A stretch of DNA of 64,000 nt from Merdibacter massiliensis (GCF_900155395.1 NZ_LT699727.1:274173-338172), one strand, 5' to 3'; shown: positions 1 to 9,120, counted from the stretch's first letter. Numbers and translations are program-made. The notes: generated by a model not told the origin, from the letters alone.

Positions 1-486
1 TCCGCCATTTGCAGCTTTGATGATCAAAGGGTATGTGATCTCTTTTGCATATTTCTTTCCCTCTTCTACATCTTGTATGATCTGTTTGCTGCCTGGGATA
101 ACAGGGACCCCTGCTTCGATCATCATCTGACGAGCTGTTGCTTTGTTTCCAAGCTTTTCAATTACCTCTGGTCGTGGTCCGATAAAAATCAGCCCGCATT
201 GCTGTGTCAACATTGCAAACTGGGAATTTTCACTTAAAAAGCCAAAACCAGGATGGATCGCATCACACCCCGTACTACAAGCAGCCTGAAGGATGGCATT
301 CATATTCAGGTAGCTCTCTGCAGGTCTAGGACCGCCGATACAGACAGCTTCATGTGCCAGTTGTACATGCAGCGCGTCTTTATCTGCAGTCGAATAGATG
401 GCAACTGTCCGGATTCCCATTTCTTTACAAGTTCGAATGATCCGAATAGCGATCTCGCCGCGATTGGCTATCAATATCTTCCTGAT
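1..486 (-). CDS. accC: Biotin carboxylase (acetyl-CoA carboxylase subunit), N-terminal part; gene continues beyond window start
   Basis: Reverse-complement translation reads MIRKILIANRGEIAIRIIRTCKEMGIRTVAIYSTADKDALHV..., the classic biotin carboxylase ATP-grasp N-terminus; sits directly downstream of accB. Confidence 0.85.
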   Translation of the reverse strand, partial: MRKILIANRGEIAIRIIRTCKEMGIRTVAIYSTADKDALHVQLAHEAVCIGGPRPAESYLNMNAILQAACSTGCDAIHPGFGFLSENSQFAMLTQQCGLIFIGPRPEVIEKLGNKATARQMMIEAGVPVIPGSKQIIQDVEEGKKYAKEITYPLIIKAANGG

Positions 487-489
487 CAT

Positions 490-933
490 TTACTCACCAA
501 TGACCATCAGTTCTTCATCAAACTGTACCATATCGCCATCCTTGATATAGATTTCTTTTACTACGCCGCTTGTCGGAGCATGTATCTCGTTCATGACCTT
601 CATTGCTTCAATGATGCACAAGATATCACCTTTCTCTACCTTTGTTCCAATTTCAACAAATGGCTTTGCCTGTTCGCCTGCTGCTGCATAAAAGGTACCT
701 ACAAGCGGAGATCGCACGACTTCTCCATTCACAACTTCTTCCTGTTTTGACAATGGAATATCCTTCTCCTGCGACGGTCGAGAGATCTGCTGTATCCTGC
801 TTTCGCTTTCGATTGGCATTTCTTTATTCAGTTTGAGTTTTAGATCATCTACTTCCAGTTCCATGCCTGTTAATGCAGATCCTTCAAAAATGGAAATGAT
901 TTCTTTGATCTTTGCAGTGTCCATATTCCTCAC
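490..933 (-). CDS. accB: Biotin carboxyl carrier protein
   Basis: 147 aa with C-terminal biotinyl domain containing the EAMKVMN biotin-lysine motif. Confidence 0.9.
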   Translation of the reverse strand: MRNMDTAKIKEIISIFEGSALTGMELEVDDLKLKLNKEMPIESESRIQQISRPSQEKDIPLSKQEEVVNGEVVRSPLVGTFYAAAGEQAKPFVEIGTKVEKGDILCIIEAMKVMNEIHAPTSGVVKEIYIKDGDMVQFDEELMVIGE

Positions 934-977
934 TCCTTTTAAAATGAGCTAAGATTCCTTAGCTCACATGATTTCAT

Positions 978-1205
978 TTATTTTTGTTTTTCTTCAATGA
1001 TATTGATGATATCTTGCACAGTTTCTAATTTTGCCAGTTCATCATCTTCAATACGGATATCGAATTCTGTCTCCAGCTCTAAAGCCAGTTCAACAGCTGC
1101 CAAAGAATCAATTCCTAAATCATCTTTCAGATTTGCTTCTGGCGTAATGGATTCTTCATCCAAATTCAATGCATCTACTAATACTTTTTTGATTTGTTCG
1201 ATCAT
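978..1205 (-). CDS. acpP: Acyl carrier protein
   Basis: 75 aa acidic protein with DSL phosphopantetheine attachment motif (LGIDSLAAVEL). Confidence 0.9.
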   Translation of the reverse strand: MIEQIKKVLVDALNLDEESITPEANLKDDLGIDSLAAVELALELETEFDIRIEDDELAKLETVQDIINIIEEKQK

Positions 1206-1224
1206 GTTTTATCCTCCTAAAAAA

Positions 1225-1239
1225 CTTTGATATTCAAAG
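1225..1239. promoter_or_regulatory. FabT-like operator palindrome CTTTGA-TAT-TCAAAG upstream of acpP; second related site TTTGAcaaTCAAA at about 1263-1275
   Basis: Perfect 6-3-6 inverted repeat read directly; resembles the streptococcal FabT box (TTTGATTATCAAA). Located between the acpP RBS and a MarR-family gene. Confidence 0.4.
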
Positions 1240-1435
1240 ATTACAGATATGACTATACACCTTTTGACAATCAAAGTAAATACTTTGAAAATAAAAATAT
1301 AATTTTTTTTGTGATTTTCGGCTGTAAGCGTTATTTTATTTGTAAAATAAATTCTTTTTTCTCCTCATCTTCTATATCTTTGTCAAAAAAACGCGAAATT
1401 TCATAAAAAAAGATATGCATTTTGCATATCCATTC

Positions 1436-1891
1436 TTAAATTCCTGCTTGTGAGCGATATTCATCACGGAAATAAGCTAACAGATTTTCCAAAGTTTCAT
1501 TTAACAATTCATTGTCTTCCAATCCCAGTTTTCCAATTGCCTGGTCGATCATTTCTTCGTGAAATTGTTCATGAATTGCTAAAACGGGCAAGGCTTTCTC
1601 TGTGATGCGAAGACGTTTGATCCGTTTATCTTTCTCATCTTGATAACGTTCTACATAGCCTTTCGCAATCAATTTATTTACATTTGTTGTTAAAGTACCC
1701 TGTGTGACCATGATCCTTGCCGCAATATGAGACATACTATTATCGCTTGCTTTTTGTATGCTTTCCAATATATGCACATCATTCATCGATAACTCAATGC
1801 CTCTTTTTTTTAAATTTCTTTCTTCGATATATAAAATATAGTTAAATAAGCCGACCAGCAGCTCATTTGTCGTATGCCGCAAATTTCCCAT
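1436..1891 (-). CDS. fabT: MarR-family transcriptional regulator, FabT-like (fatty-acid synthesis repressor). The real start is probably the internal ATG (MGNLRHTT...) with RBS GAGAGGA; the ORF track extends to 1960
   Basis: wHTH MarR fold; position immediately upstream of acpP-accBC; TATAAT -10 at about 1911-1916 on minus strand precedes the internal start. Confidence 0.55.
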   Translation of the reverse strand: MGNLRHTTNELLVGLFNYILYIEERNLKKRGIELSMNDVHILESIQKASDNSMSHIAARIMVTQGTLTTNVNKLIAKGYVERYQDEKDKRIKRLRITEKALPVLAIHEQFHEEMIDQAIGKLGLEDNELLNETLENLLAYFRDEYRSQAGI

Positions 1892-1984
1892 AGAATTCCT
1901 CTCTTCTTTTTTGTTATTATAGCACGAGTTTTCACAAATACAAGAATTTTTGCTTTTCATTACGAATTTATATCAAAATAAAAA

Positions 1985-2025
1985 AGAGAGTATCTGTTTT
2001 TTAATAACAGGTACTCTTTTAATCA
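1985..2025 (-). terminator. Rho-independent terminator after P-type ATPase gene
   Basis: Minus-strand hairpin AGAGTACCTGTT...AACAGATACTCT followed by TTTTTTATTTT. Confidence 0.5.
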
Positions 2026-2028
2026 AAA

Positions 2029-4626
2029 TCAAACTCTTTCTTTCCACATTTTCATCAATTGAATACAGATCGTCGGCAGGATTGCCAAGCCAGCGATCAT
2101 TGCTAACTGTGTCCCGCTCAAGATCGTAACGGAGAACAAATTGTGCAATCCCGGTACCAATAAGATGATGGACAGCAAGGCGCCTCCAGCAATAAATGCG
2201 GCTATGGAATAGCGATTGGAAAAGAATCCGATATGCCGTAAAGAATATTTGCTGCGGCAATTAAAGCCATGGAACAAACGAGCCAGGCACAGCACTGCAA
2301 ACGCCATGGTCGTTGCTTCTGCCCACGAATGAGACAATCCGATAAAGTAAGCGGCAATCGTAACAATGGCAATCAGCGCTCCCTGCACACCCAATGTCTT
2401 CAATGTTTCTTTGTCTAAAATACCTTGCGAAGGATCTCGTGGAGCTTGTTTCAACACATCCTGCGCAGACTTTTCCATACCGATTGCTAATGCAGGCAGT
2501 GAGTCCGTAATCAAATTGATAAACAGCAGATGCACCGGCAAGAAAGGTACTGGCAAGGCAAATAAAGAAGCACAAAGCACGGTGATGATACCGGAAAGAT
2601 TTCCTCCCAATAAGTAAATGATCGCATTGCGAATGTTGGCATACACATTTCGTCCTGCAGCAACCGCTTTGATGATTGTCGCAAAATTATCATCTGTTAA
2701 GATCATGCTCGCTGCATCTTTGCTTACTTCTGTACCTGTAATGCCCATTGCAATACCGATATCCGCTTGTTTTAATGCCGGTGCATCATTCACGCCGTCT
2801 CCTGTCATAGCAACTAATTTACCTTTACGCTGCCAAGCATCCACAATTCGAATCTTATGTTCTGGAGCAACACGTGCATAAACACGCACTTTTTCCAAAC
2901 ATGCATCCAAAGCTGCATCATCCAATGCATTGAGTTCCATACCATCTAAGCAAAGATCTCCATCTTGATAGATGCCGATCTTGCATGCAATGCTGCAGGC
3001 AGTTACCTTGTGATCCCCGGTGATCATGACCGGAATCATACCTGCCTGTTTGCAGTCAGCAACTGCCTGTGCACTTTCTTCACGCGGCGGATCCATCAGT
3101 GAGGCAATACCGATAAAGGTTAAATGATCTTCATCCTCAAGCGATACTTCATTTCTTCCATCCATGATTCGATAAGCCAAGCCTAAAACACGCAGACCAT
3201 TTTCGGCAAATGTCTCATTTTGCGCTAGAACACTTTTCTTATCCGCCTCTTTTATTTCGCGTGTTCCATCGATCATCTCGATTTTTTCGCAGCGCTTCAA
3301 CAATTCATCACAAGCTCCTTTGACAAATAAGATCTGTCGGCCATCCATCTCATGCAAAGTAGACATCATTTTTCGTTGGGAATCAAATGGATTTTCAGCA
3401 ATTCGCGGATAACGTTTGCGCAACTCTAGCTCATCTTTTCCAAAATGATGTGCAAGATCTACAAAAGCTAATTCTGTTGGATCTCCGATACGTTGTCCTC
3501 CTGTTGTTTGCGAGTCATTGCATAAAACATACCCAATTTGCAACAGCTGGTCGATCTTGGAACTGCCCAGATCATTTGCTTCGATCTGCTCATTGTTACG
3601 GAAAAATTGCTGTGTGCTCATGCGATTTTGCGTCAAGGTACCTGTTTTATCTGAACAGATGACAGAAACACAGCCTAAGCTTTCTACAGAATTGATATTT
3701 TTGATAATGGCATGTTCTCTTGCCATTTGTGAGGTTCCCATTGCTAAAACGATCGTAACGATACTAGACAGTGCTTCCGGAATCGCTGCAACTGCCAATG
3801 CCACTGCAAACATCAAAGCATCCAACACTTGGTTGCCTTGTAATACGTTTAATGCAAAGACGATGATACAAATGATGATGATGCCTAAACTCAGTTTTTT
3901 TCCAAAATCATCCAATGTCTTCTGCAAAGGTGTTTTACGCTCTTTTGTCTGGTTCATCAAGGTTGCAATTTTACCGATTTCCGTCTGCATGCCGGTTGCA
4001 CATACCACCGCAACGCCGCGTCCATAAGTAACCAAGCCACTCGAAAATACCATATTCTTCTGATCCCCTAACGGACACTCTTCTGGAATACATTCTACCT
4101 GCTTTTCTACGCTTTCCGCCTCACCTGTCAATGAACTTTCATTCACTTGTAAAGAATACGATTCGATGACACGCGCATCCGCACTCACTACATCTCCAGC
4201 TTCCAGCAATAGGATATCACCGACAACCAACTCGGGACTAGGAATTTCCATCTTCATTCCATCCCGAATGACCCTGGCGCTCGGTGTAGACAATTGACGA
4301 AGTGCATCCAATGACTTTTGTGCTTTGATCGTTTGAATCGTTCCTAAAATGGAATTCATCGTAATGACCGCTAAAATGACGATCGTGCTTTCCACCTCGC
4401 CGGAAATCATGGAAATAATTGCTGCAATGATCAAAATAATTACCAGAAGATCTTTAAACTGTGAGAAAAAGATCATCAATGGATGTGGTGGTTTGCTCTC
4501 TTCCAGTTCATTTTTTCCATCTCTTTCCAGGCGTTGAGCAGCCTCCTGCTTATTCAACCCTTGTAAAGAAGTCTGTACTTCATCCATTACTTGTTGTACT
4601 TCTTTTTGATAAAAATATCTTTCCAT
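2029..4626 (-). CDS. Cation-transporting P-type ATPase, PMCA/SERCA-like (Ca2+ or Mn2+ exporter); start set at MERYFYQ with RBS AAAGGA
   Basis: DKTGTLT phosphorylation motif, TGDGVNDAPALKQADIGIAMG hinge, about 10 TM helices, N-terminal cation-ATPase domain (EAAQRLERDGKNELEE). Confidence 0.9.
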   Translation of the reverse strand: MERYFYQKEVQQVMDEVQTSLQGLNKQEAAQRLERDGKNELEESKPPHPLMIFFSQFKDLLVIILIIAAIISMISGEVESTIVILAVITMNSILGTIQTIKAQKSLDALRQLSTPSARVIRDGMKMEIPSPELVVGDILLLEAGDVVSADARVIESYSLQVNESSLTGEAESVEKQVECIPEECPLGDQKNMVFSSGLVTYGRGVAVVCATGMQTEIGKIATLMNQTKERKTPLQKTLDDFGKKLSLGIIIICIIVFALNVLQGNQVLDALMFAVALAVAAIPEALSSIVTIVLAMGTSQMAREHAIIKNINSVESLGCVSVICSDKTGTLTQNRMSTQQFFRNNEQIEANDLGSSKIDQLLQIGYVLCNDSQTTGGQRIGDPTELAFVDLAHHFGKDELELRKRYPRIAENPFDSQRKMMSTLHEMDGRQILFVKGACDELLKRCEKIEMIDGTREIKEADKKSVLAQNETFAENGLRVLGLAYRIMDGRNEVSLEDEDHLTFIGIASLMDPPREESAQAVADCKQAGMIPVMITGDHKVTACSIACKIGIYQDGDLCLDGMELNALDDAALDACLEKVRVYARVAPEHKIRIVDAWQRKGKLVAMTGDGVNDAPALKQADIGIAMGITGTEVSKDAASMILTDDNFATIIKAVAAGRNVYANIRNAIIYLLGGNLSGIITVLCASLFALPVPFLPVHLLFINLITDSLPALAIGMEKSAQDVLKQAPRDPSQGILDKETLKTLGVQGALIAIVTIAAYFIGLSHSWAEATTMAFAVLCLARLFHGFNCRSKYSLRHIGFFSNRYSIAAFIAGGALLSIILLVPGLHNLFSVTILSGTQLAMIAGLAILPTICIQLMKMWKERV

Positions 4627-4663
4627 ATCGTTCATCCTTTCTGATTTTTCTATGTCATCACAT

Positions 4664-4708
4664 AAAAAAACGAGACCATAGAAAAACCCCTTTTCTATAA
4701 GTCTCGTC
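4664..4708 (-). terminator. Leader terminator / expression platform: hairpin ACGAGAC...GTCTCGT followed by U7, 25 nt upstream of ATPase RBS
   Basis: Read directly on minus strand: GACGAGACTTATAGAAAAGGGGTTTTTCTATGGTCTCGTTTTTTTATG. Confidence 0.55.
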
Positions 4709-4790
4709 ATTTATGAATCCGGCCAGAATCGAAATTCGGGAATGTTGAACCTGATTCGCACATTGTGCAGACTACTCCCTTATGGCTTTT
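4701..4790 (-). promoter_or_regulatory. Candidate yybP-ykoY family Mn2+ riboswitch aptamer in 5' leader of the P-type ATPase
   Basis: Leader contains AAGGGAGUAG (hallmark GGGGAGUAG-like L1 segment) and 3' CAUAAAUGACGAGAC whose GACGAGAC strand overlaps the 5' arm of the terminator hairpin. Lactococcus yoaB P-type ATPase is a known yybP-ykoY target. Confidence 0.5.
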
Positions 4791-4842
4791 TATTTTAACA
4801 CTCCACCTATATTTTGTAAATCACTAAATGGGAAATTTACAA

Positions 4843-6270
4843 TTATTTTACATTACTTTCCTCTTGTTTTGTTTTCTGTTTTTGAGCATTGTGAATGTCG
4901 ATGATACGTAATCGCGTACGATAATACATATTTAGATAAATCAGGAATACAAAGCCGCAAATGGCAGCTAAAACAATACAGATCGCAATCATCCAAGGAA
5001 ATCCATGCAATGCAATTTGCATACAGATCGCCACAATACTGAATACAGTACATAACGCAACAATAGAAAGAATTCCCTGCCAGTTTTTCGTCAAACGTTC
5101 AAAAAGTTCCAAACGTGATGCATTGTTTTCATTATACTCAAACATGTCGCCTTCACTTAATTCACGGCGGAAGAAATACCAGCTTCCCTCATAATTCACA
5201 GGCGCATGAAAAATATCTTCCCATCCATCTTGATGCCATTGATTCATTTCTTCTTGTGAAGGATCAACTTTATAATAGTCTAATAAATAGAAGTAATTCT
5301 TTGGTTCTCCTTTGATAAAATCAAAACTAAAACCATCATTTCGGATAAAATGATATCCTTTTAATGACATATCACGTAAATAAGCTGCTTCTTTTTCATA
5401 ATCGGAGATATAAAAGAGCTTACGTGTACGTAAACCGTCTTTCGTTTCTTTTTCTTTTATTTCACGTACAAAAGTTACAACTTTCTCTTTGATCCATAAA
5501 ACACTCTTTACAACAGCATTCTTTATTTTATTGTAAACGGATTTTACTGCCTGCTTATTCTTCTCACAGGTCAGTTTTGCCCATGCCTGTTTCATTTTAT
5601 TCAACACGAATAAAACATAGGATTTTGCTTTTTCATAAATTGGCTGCAGTCTTTTTACAAAAGCATTCCACTTGTCTTTCATTGCTTTGCGACGTTCTTC
5701 TGTGAAAATTTGAAACCAAACCGCAATACACTTATTTTTCACTTTTTGACAAACTGATGCAATTTTTACACAAACTGCTTTGCTTTTTGCTTTGCAGCTG
5801 TTCCAAACTTTTGCGCAAGCTTCCTGGCGCTGAGGAGTCCAAACTTTACTCCATGCATTCTTGCACATCTTGATACAGGAATGCCACACGGATTGAATGC
5901 CTGTTTTTATTTTCTGTACCTTATTCATAAAAGCATTCCATTTTGCTAAAAGAGCTTCCTTTCGCTCTTGGGTAAATATTTTATTCCATGCATTTTGAAT
6001 ATTTTGTTTTCGCTTTGCACAAAAATTTTTCCCCTGTCTGCCCCATTGTTTGACCGTATCGCAAATTGATTTACCTTTTTGCTTTATTTTGGCACGGTTT
6101 TCCTTTGAAAAAAAATCATGCATTTTCATTAATACTGTTTTCTCTTCATTTTGTATCTTTGTTTCTTTATCTTTTCCCTGTTCGATGACAGTCATCTTGC
6201 TTTGCTGATTCATTTCCGTCACGGTGTTGTTTGAATGATCTGATCCTGTTTTCTTATCCATCTGATCCAT
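4843..6270 (-). CDS. Protein with N-terminal Lys/Trp-rich tandem repeats (about 4 x 45 aa, NAW.K...ER.EA.AKWNAF...) fused to C-terminal DUF2812 domain with two TM helices
   Basis: C-terminal YEKEAAYLRDMSLKGYHF...FIKGEPKNYFYLLDYY...two hydrophobic helices matches DUF2812 pattern; repeats visible by eye in translation. Confidence 0.75.
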   Translation of the reverse strand: MDQMDKKTGSDHSNNTVTEMNQQSKMTVIEQGKDKETKIQNEEKTVLMKMHDFFSKENRAKIKQKGKSICDTVKQWGRQGKNFCAKRKQNIQNAWNKIFTQERKEALLAKWNAFMNKVQKIKTGIQSVWHSCIKMCKNAWSKVWTPQRQEACAKVWNSCKAKSKAVCVKIASVCQKVKNKCIAVWFQIFTEERRKAMKDKWNAFVKRLQPIYEKAKSYVLFVLNKMKQAWAKLTCEKNKQAVKSVYNKIKNAVVKSVLWIKEKVVTFVREIKEKETKDGLRTRKLFYISDYEKEAAYLRDMSLKGYHFIRNDGFSFDFIKGEPKNYFYLLDYYKVDPSQEEMNQWHQDGWEDIFHAPVNYEGSWYFFRRELSEGDMFEYNENNASRLELFERLTKNWQGILSIVALCTVFSIVAICMQIALHGFPWMIAICIVLAAICGFVFLIYLNMYYRTRLRIIDIHNAQKQKTKQEESNVK

Positions 6271-6465
6271 GATTCGTCCCTCCTGACTTCATGCACTTTC
6301 CCAATGGTCTCCATTAGGAAAATCTCATTTATCATACCATTGCCTTCTTCTATTTGTCAAACCGCCATCTTGTTATCTCTATAAAATTCAGAAAACCTTC
6401 ACAAGCGCTTTTCATATAAAAAACAAAGAGGATATGCCCTCTTTGTTTTTGCTATCACAAAATGT

Positions 6466-6981
6466 TCATATGAAACGTAAGATATTTTCTTGTTTTTCTT
6501 TTAACAAAGGATCTCCTTGTGTATAACCAATTGCACATGATTCCAAGCATTCATAATTTTCCAATCCCCATATACGTTTATGTTCTTTTCCTTGCAGGGT
6601 CTTAAAATACTGAATGGATGCTGTATGGATCCAACAAGAGCCTAATCCTAATTCTGTAGCGGCCAGCAGCATATTTTCAACAGCAGCTGCTGCATCTTGT
6701 AAAGGAGTACTTGCTTTCTCCATATCGGCAAATACAAAAACGATCGCATTTGCACCGTAATATGGAGATTCCTCTCGTTTTAACACATGTTTACAGTATT
6801 TTACAAAACGTTCCATCTCTTCTTCTTTTTGCAAAACGACAAAGCGCAATGCCTGTGTATTTCGTCCAGTAGGTGCTTGGATCGCACAGTGAACGATTTG
6901 TTCCAATTTTTCTTTTTCGACCCTGCGATCACTAAACTGACGTGTGCTGTGGCGCTTTTCAATACATTCGATCACATTCAT
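6466..6981 (-). CDS. Nitroreductase family protein (NAD(P)H-flavin oxidoreductase)
   Basis: RHSTRQF...QAPTGRNTQ signature near N-terminus typical of NfsB/NfnB nitroreductase fold. Confidence 0.85.
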   Translation of the reverse strand: MNVIECIEKRHSTRQFSDRRVEKEKLEQIVHCAIQAPTGRNTQALRFVVLQKEEEMERFVKYCKHVLKREESPYYGANAIVFVFADMEKASTPLQDAAAAVENMLLAATELGLGSCWIHTASIQYFKTLQGKEHKRIWGLENYECLESCAIGYTQGDPLLKEKQENILRFI

Positions 6982-7068
6982 AGGAAAACCTCCGTTTCTT
7001 TACCTTTGCTTCTATACTTTTATTTTAACGAAATTTCCTTTCTTCCTCAACTGTTTCCACAGAATAAA

Positions 7069-7095
7069 AAAAAGTCCGTCAAACGGACCTTTATT
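7069..7095 (-). terminator. Terminator after rplT (bidirectional-looking)
   Basis: GGTCCGTTTGACGGAC hairpin flanked by A8 / T8. Confidence 0.6.
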
Positions 7096-7099
7096 CAAT

Positions 7100-7459
7100 T
7101 TAAGCTGCTAAAGCTTTTTTAGCTGCATCACAAAGTGCTGTAAAACCAACAGCATCATGAATAGCCATTTCAGAAAGCATCTTGCGGTTTACTTCGATGT
7201 TGGCTAATTTTAAACCATGCATTAATTTTGAATATGACAAATCATTTGTACGAGCAGCTGCATTGATACGAGCAATCCACAATTTACGCATATTGCTCTT
7301 TAACTTACGACGATCGTTGTAAGCATATTTGAATGAATGCATTACCTGCTCATGTGCTGTCTTATATAAAATATGTTTTGAACCAAAGTATCCTTTTGCC
7401 AGTTTTAGGACACGTTTTCTTCTACTGCGTGATACAGTTCCACCTTTAACTCTTGCCAT
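7100..7459 (-). CDS. rplT: 50S ribosomal protein L20
   Basis: [26 protein letters not shown]... canonical L20. Confidence 0.95.
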   Translation of the reverse strand: MARVKGGTVSRSRRKRVLKLAKGYFGSKHILYKTAHEQVMHSFKYAYNDRRKLKSNMRKLWIARINAAARTNDLSYSKLMHGLKLANIEVNRKMLSEMAIHDAVGFTALCDAAKKALAA

Positions 7460-7484
7460 GTTTATTTCCTCCTAATCTACAAAA

Positions 7485-7679
7485 TTACTTCACTAACATT
7501 TCTTTAATACGTTTAAAGTCAGTTGGATGCACCGTAGCTGGTTTAGCCAGATGACGACGCTGTTTCTTTGTCTTACCGTGGAAACGGTGAGAAGTATACG
7601 CATGACTTCTTTTCAATTTTCCTGAACCTGTTAATTTAACACGTTTTGCAAGTCCTCTGTGGGATTTCATTTTTGGCAT
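7485..7679 (-). CDS. rpmI: 50S ribosomal protein L35
   Basis: [24 protein letters not shown]... canonical L35; start trimmed to MPKMK. Confidence 0.95.
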   Translation of the reverse strand: MPKMKSHRGLAKRVKLTGSGKLKRSHAYTSHRFHGKTKKQRRHLAKPATVHPTDFKRIKEMLVK

Positions 7680-7694
7680 GATCATTACCTCCTA

Positions 7695-8234
7695 CTATTT
7701 ATTCTTTTTCGGTGCCAGAACCGTTGACATTGTGTTTCCTTCCAAAAGCGGTTTCTTTTCTACAGAAGAAATGTCTGAACACTCTTCAATAAAACTATCC
7801 ATGATCTTTCTTCCTACTTCCAAACGAGTCATCATACGGCCACGAAAGCGCATATCGATTTTCACCTTCATGCCATCTTCCAGCCAATTCCGTGCATGAC
7901 GCAATTTTGTTTCGAAATCATGCTTATCGATGACCGGTGAAAGACGCAACGGTTTTACCTCCGTTACATGTTGTTTTTTCTTCGCTTCTTTGGCTTTCTT
8001 CTGCTGTTCAAAACGATACTTTCCATAATCAAGCACCTTACATACCGGCGGCTGTGCTTTTGGTGCTACACAAAGCAGATCCAGTCCCTGGTCGAACGCA
8101 ATATCCAAAGCTTCACGACGCATTTTAATTCCCAGCTGTTCGCCATCTGAATTGATGACCAGCACTTCCTTGAAACGAATTTTTTCGTTTACTAAGTCGT
8201 CGTTTACATTGTTAGGAATCACTTTTCTATTGAT
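7695..8234 (-). CDS. infC: Translation initiation factor IF-3, probable non-canonical start codon (AUC/AUU class) after GGGAGGTG RBS
   Basis: IF3 N- and C-domains (VINRKVIPNNV...KVLDYGKYRFEQQKKAKEAKKKQ...); the ATG of the tracked ORF lies upstream of the RBS, so the real start is near 8234 (ATC). Confidence 0.8.
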   Translation of the reverse strand: MNRKVIPNNVNDDLVNEKIRFKEVLVINSDGEQLGIKMRREALDIAFDQGLDLLCVAPKAQPPVCKVLDYGKYRFEQQKKAKEAKKKQHVTEVKPLRLSPVIDKHDFETKLRHARNWLEDGMKVKIDMRFRGRMMTRLEVGRKIMDSFIEECSDISSVEKKPLLEGNTMSTVLAPKKNK

Positions 8235-8254
8235 AACAGACACCTCCCATATTT

Positions 8255-8400
8255 CTTGCCGAAAGAAAAGTGGGTACATACATACCCACTTCATTCATCC
8301 GCATAAATCTTTTTGTTTATGTGATGGCGTTGACCCATGTCCTTGGGACATCAGGTGAGAAGGGGTACTTCTAACTTTCCACTCGCTTTTCTGCTCAGTT
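8255..8400 (-). promoter_or_regulatory. L20-leader-like autoregulatory attenuator upstream of infC-rpmI-rplT (promoter TTTACA-17-TACTAT at 8401-8429; attenuator hairpin 8268-8291 plus U-tract)
   Basis: Hairpin AAGTGGGTATGTATGTACCCACTT followed by TTCTTTC immediately upstream of infC RBS; arrangement matches Bacillus-type L20 leader. Confidence 0.45.
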
Positions 8401-8470
8401 ATAGTATCATGCCCTTCTCATTTTGTAAAGAGATTTTTCTTAAAATCGCCTTTCTTTTTCAGTTTTTTCA

Positions 8471-8671
8471 TTAATCTTGACTCATGATCTTCGGATACAG
8501 CATCAAAAGATATAGTCCGCTTAATCCTACCAATATGTAGATCAAACGGCTAAGCCAGCTGTCTACGCCAAATAGCGTATCTACCAGGTTCCATTGAAAA
8601 GCACCGATCAATCCCCAGTTAACTGCACCAATAATGGCAATCGTCCATGCTGTCACATTTAAAAATTTCAT
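8471..8671 (-). CDS. DUF378 small membrane protein; start at MKFLN with RBS AGGAGG
   Basis: VNWGLIGAF...LVGLSGLY two-TM pattern typical of DUF378. Confidence 0.7.
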   Translation of the reverse strand: MKFLNVTAWTIAIIGAVNWGLIGAFQWNLVDTLFGVDSWLSRLIYILVGLSGLYLLMLYPKIMSQD

Positions 8672-8779
8672 ATGCACCCTCCTGCTGTATAATTTACCCG
8701 GTATCTGCATTTTTATACAAGAAGTCAAGTCTTTTCTTTTTCATATTTTTGACCATAATAGATTTAGAAGGTGAAAACG

Positions 8780-9079
8780 ATGAGACTAGAACCATTCTTT
8801 CAAGCAAAGACAATGTTATTAAATGCAGTTCCCCTTACGATTCAGGAACCGGGAATAGCCTATCTAAACGATATTCATTTATGGGTGATCACATTAAATA
8901 AAAATGATCCTTCTTTTGATCCGACACAGGTGACACTGCAACAGATCATTGAACTGATGGAACATCATTCCAGTTGTTACCCGAATCAGCTTGCTACATT
9001 CGATAAAGAGCGAGAAGCAATCATCCAACGCCTGAAAAAGGAAGATGGCAATAAGACCATTGATGGCTTTCAGCTTTGA
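8780..9079 (+). CDS. Hypothetical protein
   Basis: ORF with RBS GAAGGTG; no recognisable motif. Confidence 0.45.
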   Translation: MRLEPFFQAKTMLLNAVPLTIQEPGIAYLNDIHLWVITLNKNDPSFDPTQVTLQQIIELMEHHSSCYPNQLATFDKEREAIIQRLKKEDGNKTIDGFQL

Positions 9080-9120
9080 TCAGCAAGTGCTGCATTGCAC
9101 AATAATTGTTTACTTTTTTA

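Noticed and set aside
253-836. Plus-strand ORFs 253-750 and 642-836
   Set aside because: Antisense to accC/accB, which have strong homology-like signatures on the minus strand.
1892-1960. N-terminal 23 aa of the tracked fabT ORF (MKSKNSCICENSCYNNKKEERNS)
   Set aside because: It overlaps the promoter -10 (TATAAT at about 1911-1916, minus) and a terminator. The internal ATG with RBS GAGAGGA gives a standard-length MarR protein.
2261-4700. Multiple 60-170 aa ORFs on both strands inside 2029-4710
   Set aside because: Shadow ORFs within the P-type ATPase gene.
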